A DNA stretch of 63,247 bases, the filler included, from Licmophora abbreviata (lineage: Eukaryota), in NCBI GenBank assembly GCA_900291995.1. It is 10 parts of 10 records of this genome, joined end to end, with 100 filler letters (N's around TTAATTAATTAA, not from the genome) between each part and the next. Parts side by side here need not be neighbours in the genome. Positions count along the whole stretch, not along the records: positions 14,354 to 26,465 come from OLMU01004218.1; positions 26,566 to 34,878 come from OLMU01004222.1; 8 more parts are not named here. The stretch is one strand, 5' to 3'. This document shows, one piece after another, positions 22,363 to 34,978 of the stretch (positions are counted from its first letter, which is position 1; every line of letters begins with the position of its first letter). Under the pieces are notes generated by a model that ran no database searches, was not told the origin of the DNA, and saw only the letters and a list, made by a program, of their open reading frames with translations. Position numbers and translations under genes: made by a program.

Positions 22363-22420
22363 GACTTGACTCACTCGACTCGACTCGACTCGACTCACTC
22401 ACTCCACTCGACTCGACTCG
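22363..22420. repeat. (GACTC)n-type pentanucleotide microsatellite upstream of HPT
   Basis: gacttgactcactcgactcgactcgactcgactcactcactccactcgactcgactcg. Confidence 0.85.
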
Positions 22421-22783
22421 TCGGACTAGATCATACATCCCTTGCGGAGACGAGTGCATCCCTCTATCGAGACAACATGCTCTCTCTCTCTAGAAAGAAA
22501 GAGAGCGATAATGCAGAGCGTCGAATGTTCCGCAGTCCCTCGCATCCTCTGTTCGATTCTGTTGCAACGTAAACTCGATATTTTGTGTAAGAGGTGCGCA
22601 GACGAGACGTTTCTGCTCGTTTGGAGGAAACTAGGTACAAGATACTTGCAACTGCCGTACTTCGCAATATACGTGCTTGGTGCAAGGAATGTGATGTCAA
22701 GAAGTATCAGGTTAGACTACTGGGAGTAAGAGCTAGACTCAAGAAACTGTCCATTTTCTCCATTCGCTAGTCAAATCATATCC

Positions 22784-23645
22784 TTAGCTCATGAAAAGCT
22801 TCGTGCACTGCTCCTTTGTGTCTTCCGGAGAGGTCACTGTGTGTCCGATGGTCCGCTCGTGCGTGAAGATCTCGTAGTCGTTCCCGCCTTTGAAGGTCTT
22901 ATCGCCGAAGAAGTGAACCTCGTCAAAGTCAGCAGCATTCAAATATTTGAGGCAGTACGTCTTGTCCCATCCACGAGGAAAGACATCGAATGAGATCTGT
23001 CCACCGATAGAGTAGGTCATTTCAAGGTCCTTGAACTCCTCTTGCATTGCTTTGACCATGTTGGTCCGGATGTTGTGTTCGAGATCAAACTTCTCGTAGT
23101 CGTTGCGCTCTTCACGAGAGCAGTTGCGACCAATGGGGGAGATGTTGAACATTCCGCTGCGGAACTCAATGAATGTCCCACGCTGTGGAAGATGGCATGA
23201 GGTTTGAGTGTATGATACCAGGGTAGATGCACAAGGTTAGGTCAAGCAGACAGTGCCTCCAGCTACATATGCAGTGCCTCTACTGACTACTGACCTTGAC
23301 GGGAAGGTCGATATCAGCAAGATACTTCATGACCCAGTTGACAAGACGCTTGACGTTGTCCTCTCCTAGGAAGCGTGCGATCGTCTGGACTTCCTGCAGT
23401 TCTCCGTCTTTGTAAGCCACGAGACCGTTCTGGCTAAAATTGTAAGGAAAGACACTAGCAATGCCAGCTCCTAGCTGTTCTTCCTGCTTGGGCAGGTCGG
23501 AACCACCAACAATGCCAACGGTGATCTTCTTGCTGAGTGAAAGCATGAATGCCATCATTTCTTCAGTCACCTCGCCCCGTGGGATGGTCAGCGTGCCATC
23601 CACATCGAACAAGGCTATGATACGAGGATTCTCGGGGGCGCTCAT
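22784..23645 (-). CDS. PMM: Phosphomannomutase (eukaryotic HAD type); intron 23183-23294
   Basis: [26 protein letters not shown] (across the intron), [17 protein letters not shown] and [15 protein letters not shown]. Confidence 0.96.
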
Positions 23646-23979
23646 CGTGCTTATTGTGCTTTTGCCTCGCTTGGTCGGTCGGTCGGTACCTGTACCAGAT
23701 ATGGTTTCAGACTGTTGATGCCGTTACCGTTTTCAGTTTGTGCTGTTTGTGGTCATTTTGGCGGTCATTCGTCTTTCCACGGATGGAATTCACTCGTCGT
23801 CTGTCATGCGAAAGCAGATTGTGCGAGCTTTTTTGAGCGAAAAAGGTTTGACGTCTCATCTCGCGATGACGATGGCGACGACGACCGACGACACGACGAC
23901 GCATGGAGACTCTAGACGAGGAAACTCCTCCAATTTGAAAGTGCGGGAGCTGCAGAATTGACTATACCATCGACGATGG

Positions 23980-25159
23980 ATGACAACGACCACAACAATG
24001 CAGCACGATCTCCTGAAAGTGGGACTGGCAAGCCTGCCTCCAACTTTCTCGTCTACGGGGCATTCGATACGTGGTACCTTACATGAAAGAGCAGCGGTAT
24101 TCATTACGGCTGCAGCATGCGGGGAAGTCTGCTGCTGTTGTCCTCGCCCAAGCCTTCCACCGCAGGTCCAACAACCTCGACGACACAATACGGTACTATA
24201 GGAGAGAAATTTCAGAAGGCCGTGTTGAGCTAGAGCGTCACAAAAAGTCCATTGACGACTCTTCTCCCTTCACCACCTCGACTGTGCTGCTCGACCCGGA
24301 CATGCCCACGGAGCGGCAAGATAGATTCAAGCTACAACAGCATGTACACGAGCGCTGTACGATATACAGGGGCCCATTGCAGGTTATCTTCAATGGGAAA
24401 GATGGGTCATACAGAGCCATCTTCAAACCTTGTGGATTGCCGGTGATTGACGACCAGGGGGGGTTCAACTCGGTGCCCGGGCTCCTGGAAGGCGAAAACT
24501 ACCTACCGGGTCATCGACTGGATCTGCCCGTATCTGGAGTCTTGTTACTTGCTAAAGGAAAACGCCGCACTGCGAGGCTGCTGAAAGCATTAGCTCCAGA
24601 GGGGAAGAAACGGGAGCGAGTGCTCAAGGCGTATCTTGCTAGAGTGAAGGGCGAGATGCGAGAAGAGCAGGCAGGAGAGATTTTGCTAAAGCTAAGGTGG
24701 GACAATCGATCCAAGAAAGCCATAGTCGACGAGAAGGACGGGAGACAAACGATAACGAGGATCTCGAAACTAAGATTTGACGAAGAGACAGGAGAAAGTT
24801 TAGTGAGAGTTGAACTCGGCTCGGGGGCTCGACAGCAAGTGAGGGCCGTGTTGGCTAGTATGGGTCTTCCCATTCTTGGTGATGTGCGATATGGGGGAGG
24901 AACGTATTTCCAACAAGAAAAGCTACTCCTGTATGCTGACGACGACCAAGGTCATCTGCTTCAGATGTTGCGAAAGGAAAGAGTTGGGTGGTGTGACAAG
25001 TGTCGCTGGCAGATTGAGGAAGCGGAGAGCGGCGGTACACAACGAGGAACAGAGCGACTGGCCGAGCAGATCTGCCTACTATCGTACCATTATCGTATCT
25101 CAAGCCTGGGAATCGACGTGTGTGTTCCCGAGCATATGATACCCCCCTGGGCAAAGTAG
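23980..25159 (+). CDS. Second RluA-like pseudouridine synthase; apparent +1 frameshift in the G-run at ~24057-24060
   Basis: FKPCGLPV, HRLDLPVSGVLL, KAYLARVKG and SGARQQVRAVLASMGLPILGDVRYG. The N-terminus lies in the adjacent frame (ORF from 23980). Confidence 0.8.
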
Positions 25160-27115
25160 CAGCTTCTGTAATCATGATGTAGCTGAACTGTAGCTCGAAG
25201 TTAGTATAGGGACGTAAACCCTGAGAGACTCGGCTGGAGTGATGCAACTGCTATTAGCTCCAGCGTCATTTGCTATTTGTGGCTGTGTTCTTTACTTGCT
25301 CAGACTGGCTGTGCTCTCCTTGAAGTCTATACTGGTACAGGTAGACTACATTACTACGGCCGAGTATTATGGGCTTTTGAGGCGCCCTAATACGAGCTCG
25401 ACGGCCGGTCGAAGTCGAGTGATTCAATGATTCAATCCCTTGATGACCCGGCCGCGCGCCGCGCCTCAAAGCCGTCACCTGTCCATCGCTCCGTGGGAGA
25501 AGGGCCCCTACGGAGCGCTCATAACTCATAACCGAAGTGAACTATCATACATACTCGTATTTCTATGCTGGAAGTCGGGGTTCAAGGAATAACACGTTTC
25601 GTTAAGTAAATGGGGATCTCGAAAACTGGCCTGGCTTTTGCATTGAAGCTTTCGAAACTTCCCCTATGGTTGCTTCTCGGTCTGCTGGTTCAGAATTTGT
25701 CGTCGGAATGGGGGGGTCAAAATCCTACTTTTCGAGCTACGGGCGTTCCAAGTTGACACTTCCGCCTGAGTTTTGGCACGACCGGCTCGGCTCTGGGCCT
25801 CACACCAAGGAATTCGGAATTTTGAGAACCCCGCCAACTCTCATCACGAACGTGGTCGTTTGGCGCTTCCGACGCTCGCCGTCATGTCGACATGAATGAT
25901 TCTACCTTCATGCTCCATCTGCAAAGAATGGATGGAAATGTGATGCATGGGAAGGTCGTCGTCGACGGCGCTCTATTTTCGAACGCATTCTGATTTTGAA
26001 ATGCATCGGCCGCGCACTCTCTGATGTCGAGAACATCGACGGTTTATCTTGGCGCGCGACTGATTGAGTCGAGTGAGTCGAGTCGAGTCGTGTCTTGCAG
26101 TATCGTACTCGGAGTAGGATTTTCTCACCTAGGGCCTTTATCGGTCAATCTCGTCACTTGAAGAGATCATTCCAACTAGCTACTCGTACTTATAGCGCAC
26201 ACATGTAAAGACACACCACCACACAAGACGCAAGCCACACACAAACTAGTCTAGACTAACCGATTGATTACAAGGTTCATTAGCTAACGAATTTGAGCAC
26301 GGAGTAAAGCTATTAGCTGCATAGTAGCTAGCTAGCTACGCTAAGAGCTTTTCACCAACAACGTACTATGCGTGACCATGCGCTAGCTACTACGTCGAAA
26401 GCAACAAAATGAGGAGGTTATTCACAATTCGTTGATCAAATCCGGACCTGGCATTGCTTGCCGATNNNNNNNNNNNNNNNNNNNNNNNNNNNNNNNNNNN
26501 NNNNNNNNNTTAATTAATTAANNNNNNNNNNNNNNNNNNNNNNNNNNNNNNNNNNNNNNNNNNNNAGATTGCTGCATCTCGTTCACGGCCTCATCCTACC
26601 GGACGAGTGCCAGGTAACCATTTGCTCTGTTTTGAATTCACGACGGTAAGTTGCACCTTGTAGTAGCCTAGGTCGGCACGGCGCATGGTTCGTCGCATAG
26701 CTAGCGATGAGACTACCGCACACTGCTGGCAATGCTTTGTTCGGGTGAGCGATGATCTATTAGCACTGGATCACTACGAGTATCCGGTTGACTGGCTAGT
26801 AGACGGTAGTCTACCTTACCAGGTTCGGGTACCAGGTGCTGTGTCGGTAGATGGAACAGCATGTTGGTAGATTTGGCCCCACCTTACAAACTTGTACGCA
26901 CGAACTACAAGCAAGAAAGTCAAGCTTTCCAAAGCGAAATCAATGACGCCATAGGAAGAAGCGATCTGCTGCCACAGGCTGTGTTGAATGCAGACTGAAT
27001 TTCGAACACGGAGAGATACTGTCTTCACACGACAAAGGCACACCGGGGCCCGTGTGGGATAAGTAGAAGAGAGTGGCAGCTCGTCGTATAGTCTCATCTT
27101 CTTGTAGCTTCTTCC

Positions 27116-28728
27116 CTATGTCCCTTTGTAAGCGTCTGATCGGTACTGCGCTTGAGTCTGTGGACCCGCGGGTTCGGGAATAGCATGCTTCAGAAGTAGA
27201 GATTCGCTTCCAATCATATCAGGGTGATCCAATTCTGCCCGAATGAGATGCAAAAGCATAGCAACATCCTCATCGTCGTCCATTGACTCCATGGGCAACC
27301 AGTGAGCCTTCACGTACCCCGCATTGTTCCAGAAGTCAAAGTCCATATAAAAGCCATCGATGCAGTACAGTATAAGTGTCGCGCCTCGAGGCAAGAACGA
27401 TGCCGTCATCGTGCCACCGCCGCATGGCGCGACGTATATAGAGGTCTGAGAAGCAATTCGGATCTGTTCTTCAATATCAAGTTCGGACATATCATACTGC
27501 TCGACCTGCACCTGACCACCAAATGTATTACGCACAGCCGTCATCTGCTTTTGGAACTCTGTGAGCCGTTTTCTGTCTGATCTAAGGGAAGATGCGCTAT
27601 CATACTTGGGAGCAAAGACTATCCGATGCGGCGCTCTATCAGGTAAGTCTGTCTCATTGACCCCCACGTGCCGCATCATCCATTGTCTGAAACTGTAAAA
27701 TATTGGCCCCTTCCCCGAGTTGACTGGATTCAGAAGGTCAGACTTCTTATTCCCGTGGAGAGTAGACATATGCTCAGTGACAGGGGCGATTCCAGTTGTA
27801 CCATACCGAGAGCACACATACTGAGATCTTGGACTTCCTGAAAATGTTGCATTCACAGTGTCGTCAGTGCTATACGAGCTTGGCGGCACTCCAAGTAGTG
27901 GCAAGAGCTTCAGCATGCGAGGTGCAGACTCAGTCTGTTTTTTATCGAAGTTTAAGAATGTGAGTAGCATTTGTTTATCCTCCCAGCCGAAAATTTGAAG
28001 AAGTCGATAAAAGGCAAGTCCGTAATCCCAAAGAAGATGACTGCAGCACAAATGCAAAGTAGGACGAGAATCGCAAAATGAGACTGGGCGTTGATCGAAT
28101 CTTTTCCAGTTAGACGTTCCAAATGTACACAAACTCACCCTGGATTTCTCATGTGAGTGCGGCCAGTAAATGGAATCCAAACCAGGTTCGGTGGAAGCTC
28201 ATAGTAGCCCTGAACTTCATTCGATGGCGGGAGAACGTTTGGTCGCCAGGGGTTCCGAAACTTGCCCCGAACAACCGGCACGATGGAGACCTTGTTGCTC
28301 TTGCCCATACGTGTACTGAACTGTGCGTAGGAGGCCCCCTGGTACCCCTCAAGCTCTTGTTCGAATGACTCATAGGATGATGAACCTACTAGAATGAATT
28401 CCTCTTTTTTCATGTCGAAGCACAGATTGCGAAACTCGCACGAGCGATACGTCCAAGCATTCGTTTGAAAGTTGTCGCCCACACAGTGTGCTCGCGAAGG
28501 AGGCAGTGGGTCATCCACGAAGTAAATCGGAATGCCATTGAATCTTCCATCGGGAGCAAGAGGGTCAGCTAGATCCACCGTGGACGCGTTCTTTTCCTGA
28601 GAGGCGCGAGAGATAGTCGCGCTCAGCGTGGCTGGCATAGATCGTGCCATGATTGTTGCCAACACGGCTACAGAACAGCATGTCACGGCAATAATGACAG
28701 CCAGCGATCCTCGTTGCTTGTGCCCCAT
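27116..28728 (-). CDS. GT61/DUF563-like glycosyltransferase, type II membrane protein; intron 28041-28138
   Basis: N-terminal TM segment. RSCEFRNLCFD, NPGHLLWD formed across the GT-AG intron, and EEQIRIASQTSIYVAPCGGG...FLPRGATLI typical of GT61-like C-termini. Confidence 0.8.
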
Positions 28729-29215
28729 TCTTGATCACTGGGGCCGACCGTTCATTCCATCTGTCATGATAGGAAAGTCAAGAGTCTGGTGACCGGCGCT
28801 GTGCTCTCAGTCATTGCCATCATTGTCGCGCTCTCGTCGCCTTATGACTTTTGGTCGTTTGTGGGCACTCACTCGTGCGACGCGCGACTCGATCTGGGCG
28901 ATTGATTCCCGAATCCAACCTCGTCGGCGAGAGGAAAAGCCATGCTCATGGATCACAATCTGGTATCATACCTTTTTGCTAGATTGTAATCCCCTAAGGC
29001 CGTTCAATCAGTTTGTCAGAGCACCAGGTACACTACAGCTGACATAGTCCTCGCTGGCCTGTCTATGGTAAAAGTGGATGCCCCACCGCGCCCCTCCCTG
29101 TTTTACAGGTTTCTCACTAGCTAACAGCCCATCAAGCTTCTGTCAACCGACGATGTCTTACGACCAGAAAACTGTGGGTACCTGCTACTATACCTGTAAG
29201 TAGGACACGATATGA

Positions 29216-30574
29216 CTACAGCAGCCCTAGCGTGTCATTGCGAAGCATTTCATCAATGCAGCCGTTGCCACATGCAAAATCCAAATTCAGGCAACTCTCA
29301 GCAGCGATATCGAGCTGCGGCTCTCCGTCATTCGAACACGGAAACTGGGCATGCGGAGCACAGATCTCTTCTTCCAGAGCTCGGAGCCGTCTGTACTCCT
29401 TCAAAGCGTCCTCAAATATTTGTCTCCCAATCGTCTCTTCAATTGTCCGATCCAGACTATGGCGTGCCGCAGCCAGTAGCAAGTAGTCTCCATAATTTTC
29501 AGCTCGCCACCGTTTTGACTCGAGATACTGTTTCACCATCGGTGAAATGGTGCTCTTTTTCAACTTCTTGCATTTGCCATCCAGATAGCTGTAGGATGAC
29601 GCGCCAGCAACCTTGGAAAATGTCACAAGGATGTCACCGAGTTCGATGCCCATCAGCATAGACATAGCCACAAGCGATTCGTCGAGTCGATCAACAACCA
29701 CCAGAAAATTGTAGCTCTTGATGACTCTCTTTACGTTTGCTTCCACTTGATCAGGATTCAAGACAACGTCCGGTGAGCCCTCTTTCCATGCCGAAAAGGC
29801 CTTGAGTCTTCTCGGAGAGACATAGTTCAATTGGAAGCCTCCTCTTCCTTGCGAAGTCTCCTTCGTGCGCTTATTGGTTGACTGCAGCTGATGCAAAATG
29901 AACTCATCCGTAGGCTTGATGCCTTTCCGTGATATCTCCGCAAAAAAAATGTGACTGATGACACGCGCCACTGGATCGCGAAGAATGGAGTAGAAAAAGG
30001 TTTTCTTCTGGTCATGCTCCCGATAATAGAATGCTTTTCGGTGTTTCCACTGCATCGCACATTTTCTCCTCTCTGATATCCTCCACGCCACCCCAGCAGC
30101 GGTGGACGAAGCTGCTTTGACGGTCTTGACTAGAATCAAGCCTTGCCATATGCCACTGCTCGACTTGCTTTCGTGGACACACCAGTTATCAATGCTATGT
30201 TTCGGAAAAGCGCGAGACAAGGAGCGCGCTTTCGTCTCAATACAGTCATCCGAATAGCAATCAGACCACGCATCGAGCTCTGTCACGTGCTCTGCTGCAT
30301 GCAGTCTCCCCTCTTCGTTGGCGTGCTCTGTCCCGTCGTTATATGGAAAAGTCTCTGACAACGACTCACTATCGTTTTCTTGTCGCTGCTGTTTTACTAC
30401 GAAAGAGATGTCGTGGAGGCCCGCGTCCTTTGACCTGCGGTCGCTTGAAGCGGAGGCAATTGTGTGGTTTCCGTCTGCAGACAGAGCGCGTTTTCTGATC
30501 AAAACCAACACGGACACAGAGAACGATGCCAGGAAGACAACGCCAATAATAGATCGACGTTGGTTGTACCTCAT
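29216..30574 (-). CDS. Golgi-type sulfotransferase (galactose-3-O-sulfotransferase-like)
   Basis: N-terminal TM segment. 5'-PSB loop VKTVKAASST, 3'-PB motif ILRDPVARVISH, and YNFLVVVDRLDESL. Confidence 0.85.
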   Translation of the reverse strand: MRYNQRRSIIGVVFLASFSVSVLVLIRKRALSADGNHTIASASSDRRSKDAGLHDISFVVKQQRQENDSESLSETFPYNDGTEHANEEGRLHAAEHVTELDAWSDCYSDDCIETKARSLSRAFPKHSIDNWCVHESKSSSGIWQGLILVKTVKAASSTAAGVAWRISERRKCAMQWKHRKAFYYREHDQKKTFFYSILRDPVARVISHIFFAEISRKGIKPTDEFILHQLQSTNKRTKETSQGRGGFQLNYVSPRRLKAFSAWKEGSPDVVLNPDQVEANVKRVIKSYNFLVVVDRLDESLVAMSMLMGIELGDILVTFSKVAGASSYSYLDGKCKKLKKSTISPMVKQYLESKRWRAENYGDYLLLAAARHSLDRTIEETIGRQIFEDALKEYRRLRALEEEICAPHAQFPCSNDGEPQLDIAAESCLNLDFACGNGCIDEMLRNDTLGLL

Positions 30575-30877
30575 CCTTGGTCATTGCGACGACGCGAGAG
30601 GAGAGTCGAGTCATCAGTCGATCGATCTGTCGACGACGAGTGAATGAGGCGAGTCGCGAGTCGCCTCGCAAATAATGCAGCAAAATTGCAAAATTTTAAA
30701 ATTTTCCATTTTGGCGTCGAGACGACACAACCTCCAGATGTGAAAGCTGTTCGAAAGGGCCTTGCAGATGTTCTAGGTTCTACGATCATACTCTACCTAC
30801 CTATGTATCCCCGATTCTATGAAAGCATGTAATTTAAGGAATTGGTCTGCCTTTCAAGCCTGTCGTCTGTCGCACTA

Positions 30878-31954
30878 CTACTGCTCATCATTGACCCCCA
30901 AACCCTGCTGACTCATCTGCCGATGACATAGTTCCACAACTTGTTCGTGTACTCTTATCATGGAATCCATGTATGGCTGCAGTTCAAATGGGACGATTTT
31001 CAGGCGTTCTTCCTCTGTTAGAGGATCTCTCGACTTGTATATTTCGGATGCGACTTTCTTCCATTTACGTTGGTCCTGGAACATGAGCGCCTCACCCAAC
31101 CGCGGACTGTCGCTCGGTACTCTGTCATAGTTCCAGCACGCGAACGTACGCGATGGATTGGACAAGAGCTGAAAGTAAATGATCTGTAGCATGGTCGTGT
31201 ATAAGTGAATAGACCCCAGAATATCAGTGTTAATATCCCGATTGATGTTGGTGGACTTGATGACGCTGTGTGGATCCCGGTATATGTGTATGTGCTGACA
31301 GTCGACCTCAGCTCTATCACAGGCCTTGTACAACAAATCTACGTTTGGATAGCTCATTCCTCGACACGGCTCCCTGTAGTTGGGATATGCGAGATGACCG
31401 AAACCCCTCTCCAAACGTCCATTCAAGTGAAAGTTGACAGTTCTGTTTTTGGCACGAAAGCTGGCATCGAGATTGCGTAGAGTCTTGACAAGATCGTCTG
31501 TGATTGCCGCCACATTCGGCGGCGGCTCCTCACGTCCATCATCCCACCGGCAGGTGGCGCTCCAAAGTCCCTTAGTGCGGATCTTCCACTGTCGAAATAA
31601 CAGACCATGCAGCACGGTGCCAAAAGACTTGGTTTCGCGTAGCACCTCACCGGCTGGCGTCTCCGGTACGAGCTCATGATAAACGTGGTGACCCGTCCCC
31701 TCCAGACCAATCAAGAAAAGAACTCTGACAGCTGAATTGTAAACTTTTGGTAAGAATTCAGGGACATGCTTTTCTAATGGCGACACTGCAGCGGCCTCGG
31801 AGATCACGCGGCTTGTCTTGGCGTCGATTGATGGGTTGGAAAGTGAAACTGCTGATTCGGGAAGAAAGATGGAAACAGTTACTTTCATAACTGTCATGGC
31901 ACCAATAACCATCAACAAGATGCGGAGCATGGAGAAGAAACGTAAGGTAGACAT
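30878..31954 (-). CDS. Sulfotransferase-like P-loop protein, type II membrane
   Basis: TM segment ILLMVIGAMTVM. FLIGLEGTGHH (PSB-like loop) and IYRDPHSVIKS (3'-PB-like). Confidence 0.65.
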   Translation of the reverse strand: MSTLRFFSMLRILLMVIGAMTVMKVTVSIFLPESAVSLSNPSIDAKTSRVISEAAAVSPLEKHVPEFLPKVYNSAVRVLFLIGLEGTGHHVYHELVPETPAGEVLRETKSFGTVLHGLLFRQWKIRTKGLWSATCRWDDGREEPPPNVAAITDDLVKTLRNLDASFRAKNRTVNFHLNGRLERGFGHLAYPNYREPCRGMSYPNVDLLYKACDRAEVDCQHIHIYRDPHSVIKSTNINRDINTDILGSIHLYTTMLQIIYFQLLSNPSRTFACWNYDRVPSDSPRLGEALMFQDQRKWKKVASEIYKSRDPLTEEERLKIVPFELQPYMDSMIRVHEQVVELCHRQMSQQGLGVNDEQ

Positions 31955-32291
31955 GATGATAACAGTATGATAACAGGAGAGGCATAACGAGACCTCAGAG
32001 TGTTGGGCGTTAGGCAGTGTCATCGCTGTTTCGATGTGCAGGCACAACGGCGCAATGCACGCGCGGATGCCCGGTACTGCTGTGACAGTGTACCCTTGGT
32101 CTATAGCCTATTGAGATAGGGAGAAGAAGCACAGCCACTCATTTCTTATCTCGTCAAGTTGCTCTCTTGCTCTCACTGACTCCTCTTCATCCTTTGTTGC
32201 CGTTGGTGCTTGCCCTTGCTTGCTGCTTTTGTATCCTCTTCTCTTCTACGTGTAGCGCCTTGATCTGCGAATCGCTCATTATCTGCAAACT

Positions 32292-32771
32292 ATGACAAGT
32301 CGTCCCAGTCGCTACGACGAACGCCTCTCGCCCGGCGAGGATCCTTCTGCCAAGGCATCCACTAAACGTCCAGATCGATCACGCTCTCGCAGTAGTTCTC
32401 CAGAGGATCGCCGAGAACGGGAACGAAGGGCGCGTATGGCGCGGCTGCGTGCCGAAAACGAAGAGGAAGAAAGAAAGCTGACAGCGTTGGACACAGAATC
32501 CGAGACCAGACAGACTGCGAAGAAAGCTCCTCAACCGAAAGAACAAATTATCCACGTAGACGACGCTGAACTCGAGGGACTAGACGAAGAAGAGCAGATG
32601 CGGAAACTTTTGGGGTTTTCAGGGAGCTTCGAAAGCACCAAGGGAAAAGGTGTAGATGACAATAACAGCAGTGCAGCCAGAGGGGCAACGGGAAAGAACA
32701 AGGCCCGGAAGTATCGACAATACATGAACCGAAAAGGTGGCTTCAACAGGCCCCTGGACAAGATGACTTGA
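32292..32771 (+). CDS. SNRNP27: U4/U6.U5 tri-snRNP 27 kDa protein
   Basis: RS-rich N-terminus. [18 protein letters not shown] and [18 protein letters not shown]. Confidence 0.93.
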   Translation: MTSRPSRYDERLSPGEDPSAKASTKRPDRSRSRSSSPEDRRERERRARMARLRAENEEEERKLTALDTESETRQTAKKAPQPKEQIIHVDDAELEGLDEEEQMRKLLGFSGSFESTKGKGVDDNNSSAARGATGKNKARKYRQYMNRKGGFNRPLDKMT

Positions 32772-32920
32772 TAGTGTGTTGTGCGCATGCGCTATGAAAG
32801 TGCAGACAATAAATAAATCTATAGAGAGAAGGCGATAAGTTCATAACGTTCTGTTGTATTGGAAGGTTGCTGTGGCTCAAGAACAAACGCAAGCTTTTAT
32901 CTTCGCTCGCTCTTCATACC

Positions 32921-33535
32921 TTAGCGGCGAGTCGAAGAAGCAGGACTGACGGTATGACATTCTGGACAACTAACGAGCGTTGCCCCAATTTTTACCCTGA
33001 GACGTCCGTTGCGACAGGAACCGAGGCATGTGACCACGTGCTCGTCGTCTGGGATCTTTCCATCTCCACGGCCGACGGGAGTTCCAATACACAGTTCCGG
33101 TACTCGTTTTCCCTTTTGCTTAATAAACTTTGTGTTGAGGACGGCTGGGGGGAGTGGTGGCTCCTCTGCCTTAGCCATGCTTCCAGGGAATGAAGCAGGG
33201 GAAGACAGTTTGGGTTCTGCCATTGTCAGTTTCAACTTCATGCGATACTCCTTGAGTTTCAGCTCCTCATCCTGTTTCTTTCGCTGCTCCTCGTACTCAG
33301 CCCTGTCAAATCCAATGCTCTCCCTGACTCTCGCACTGGCCTCATGCTGCGCCATAATGCGATACTGCTCAAGCACCTCTTCGTCGTCGAAACCTTCGGT
33401 AGCGCCTCCCTTCAGTTCAGCGATATCTGAGAGATCTTCGCCGCCAGCGCCGGTGGTGAAGAAGGCGCGCGCAAACGACGACCTTCGAGTATCTTCTTCC
33501 GGCATGATGCTTTTCAATTGAAGGTCCTCTAGCAA
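32921..33535 (-). CDS. Hypothetical protein with a C-terminal Cys zinc-ribbon-like motif (5' end uncertain, probable upstream exon)
   Basis: 204-aa ORF with a charged helical middle and a C-terminal CLGSC...VSCPECHTVSP. Confidence 0.6.
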   Translation of the reverse strand: MLEDLQLKSIMPEEDTRRSSFARAFFTTGAGGEDLSDIAELKGGATEGFDDEEVLEQYRIMAQHEASARVRESIGFDRAEYEEQRKKQDEELKLKEYRMKLKLTMAEPKLSSPASFPGSMAKAEEPPLPPAVLNTKFIKQKGKRVPELCIGTPVGRGDGKIPDDEHVVTCLGSCRNGRLRVKIGATLVSCPECHTVSPASSTRR

Positions 33536-33830
33536 ATTAAATATGCAAGGGGGAAAGGAGATAATAAGTCGTTGGTAACAACTGGAACAGCGGTCTCTGT
33601 ATCACCGCCGCGATGTGGCTGTGGTCATCATGGTCCATCGCTCCGAACTCCCGAACAGCGTCACACGGCGGTCGCCCGGCTTGGTGTTCCCAGTTCCAAG
33701 GTCATTTTATGTGTATATTCTATATTCTATTTATCTTTGTTGAGGCCTACGTCGAGTCGAATGAGTCGAGTCTCTTTTGATACCTGTGCTAAAATCAATC
33801 AACTCACAAACCACTGGATCATAACATAGG

Positions 33831-34878
33831 CTACACTCCTATTCTGATCGGATCCCAGAACCCAGGCCAGTCACCTCCTAGCATCTTGTACAGCCGACGA
33901 TTATACGGCTCGAAAAACTTTTCCAGTTTTCTTCGTGTCTCGTTCCTCATCGGGTTCGAGTATTTGCTCTTCACTTTGACCTCCGTGTCTTCCAGCTGGT
34001 GATAGGGCAGTCCTAAGAAGTCTAAAGCCTTTCGATACTCGCCGTCAAGATCATGTTCCATGTCTTCTGTCCGGACAATGTGAATCTCTGTTTTCGGATC
34101 ACGTCCGATGTCTCGGAACGCTTGGTACCAATGCCGTAATTGGATCTCATAGAGGCTCCGGCCAATCGGCCCTTCCCGCACCAGCTCATGATATCGCTCC
34201 CAAGCCTTATCTTCTGCCGTTGTACCCATGAACGACAATTCCGACTTAGAATCCAAAGGTGTGAGCCCAGCTTCCTTCATCAAGCCAAAATCATGTTGGA
34301 TATACCGTTCAAATTCCATCTTCAATCCCCCGTGTCGTTTGTGGTATTCATAATTGGAGTAGGCGCGATCCACCGGGTTTCGGAGAATGATCACAAGCTT
34401 GACCCATGGGCATACACACATGACTCGTCTTGGAACCTTTGAACTAACAAAAAGATACCCGGGCGTGCCATCAAAGCTAACGAGCGCTGGATTGTCGATC
34501 AGCGGTGTTCCAGTGTAGTCCTTCTTGTACATGACTAGACGGGCCGATTTGACCATAGTTACGTCATCCTTGGTCTCAAAATCAAGAAAGTTCTTGTCCA
34601 TGAAGAACTGAAGTTCCTTCGTTCGAGCCCCTAAAACCTGCGGGTGCTGCATGAGATAGGCGGACAGAGAGGTCGTTCCCGATTTTTTGGCGCCGGGAAC
34701 CATAAAGAATGGAGCCCTTAGCTTCCAGTCGTTATCTCCATCTGGAAACCAGTCGGCTCCCTGCATCTCGCACCACTCATCAGTAAAATTTCTTCCCAAT
34801 GTCTCATCGTAGGAAGGTCGATCAATAAGAGATTTTGTCGTGAGAGATTTCGATTCGGCTTGAAGCTCGTTGACAGTG
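33831..34878 (-). CDS. Sulfotransferase, heparan-sulfate 3-O/N-sulfotransferase-like (5' end lost in gap)
   Basis: PGAKKSGTTSL, KELQFF, DGTPGY, ILRNPVDRAYS, FLGLP and FFEPYNRRLY. Confidence 0.9.
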
Positions 34879-34978
34879 NNNNNNNNNNNNNNNNNNNNNN
34901 NNNNNNNNNNNNNNNNNNNNNNTTAATTAATTAANNNNNNNNNNNNNNNNNNNNNNNNNNNNNNNNNNNNNNNNNNNN

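Noticed and set aside
22363..22420. CRISPR-like or telomeric array
   Set aside because: It is a simple 4-5-bp unit microsatellite with no repeat-spacer structure, in a eukaryotic context with no cas genes.
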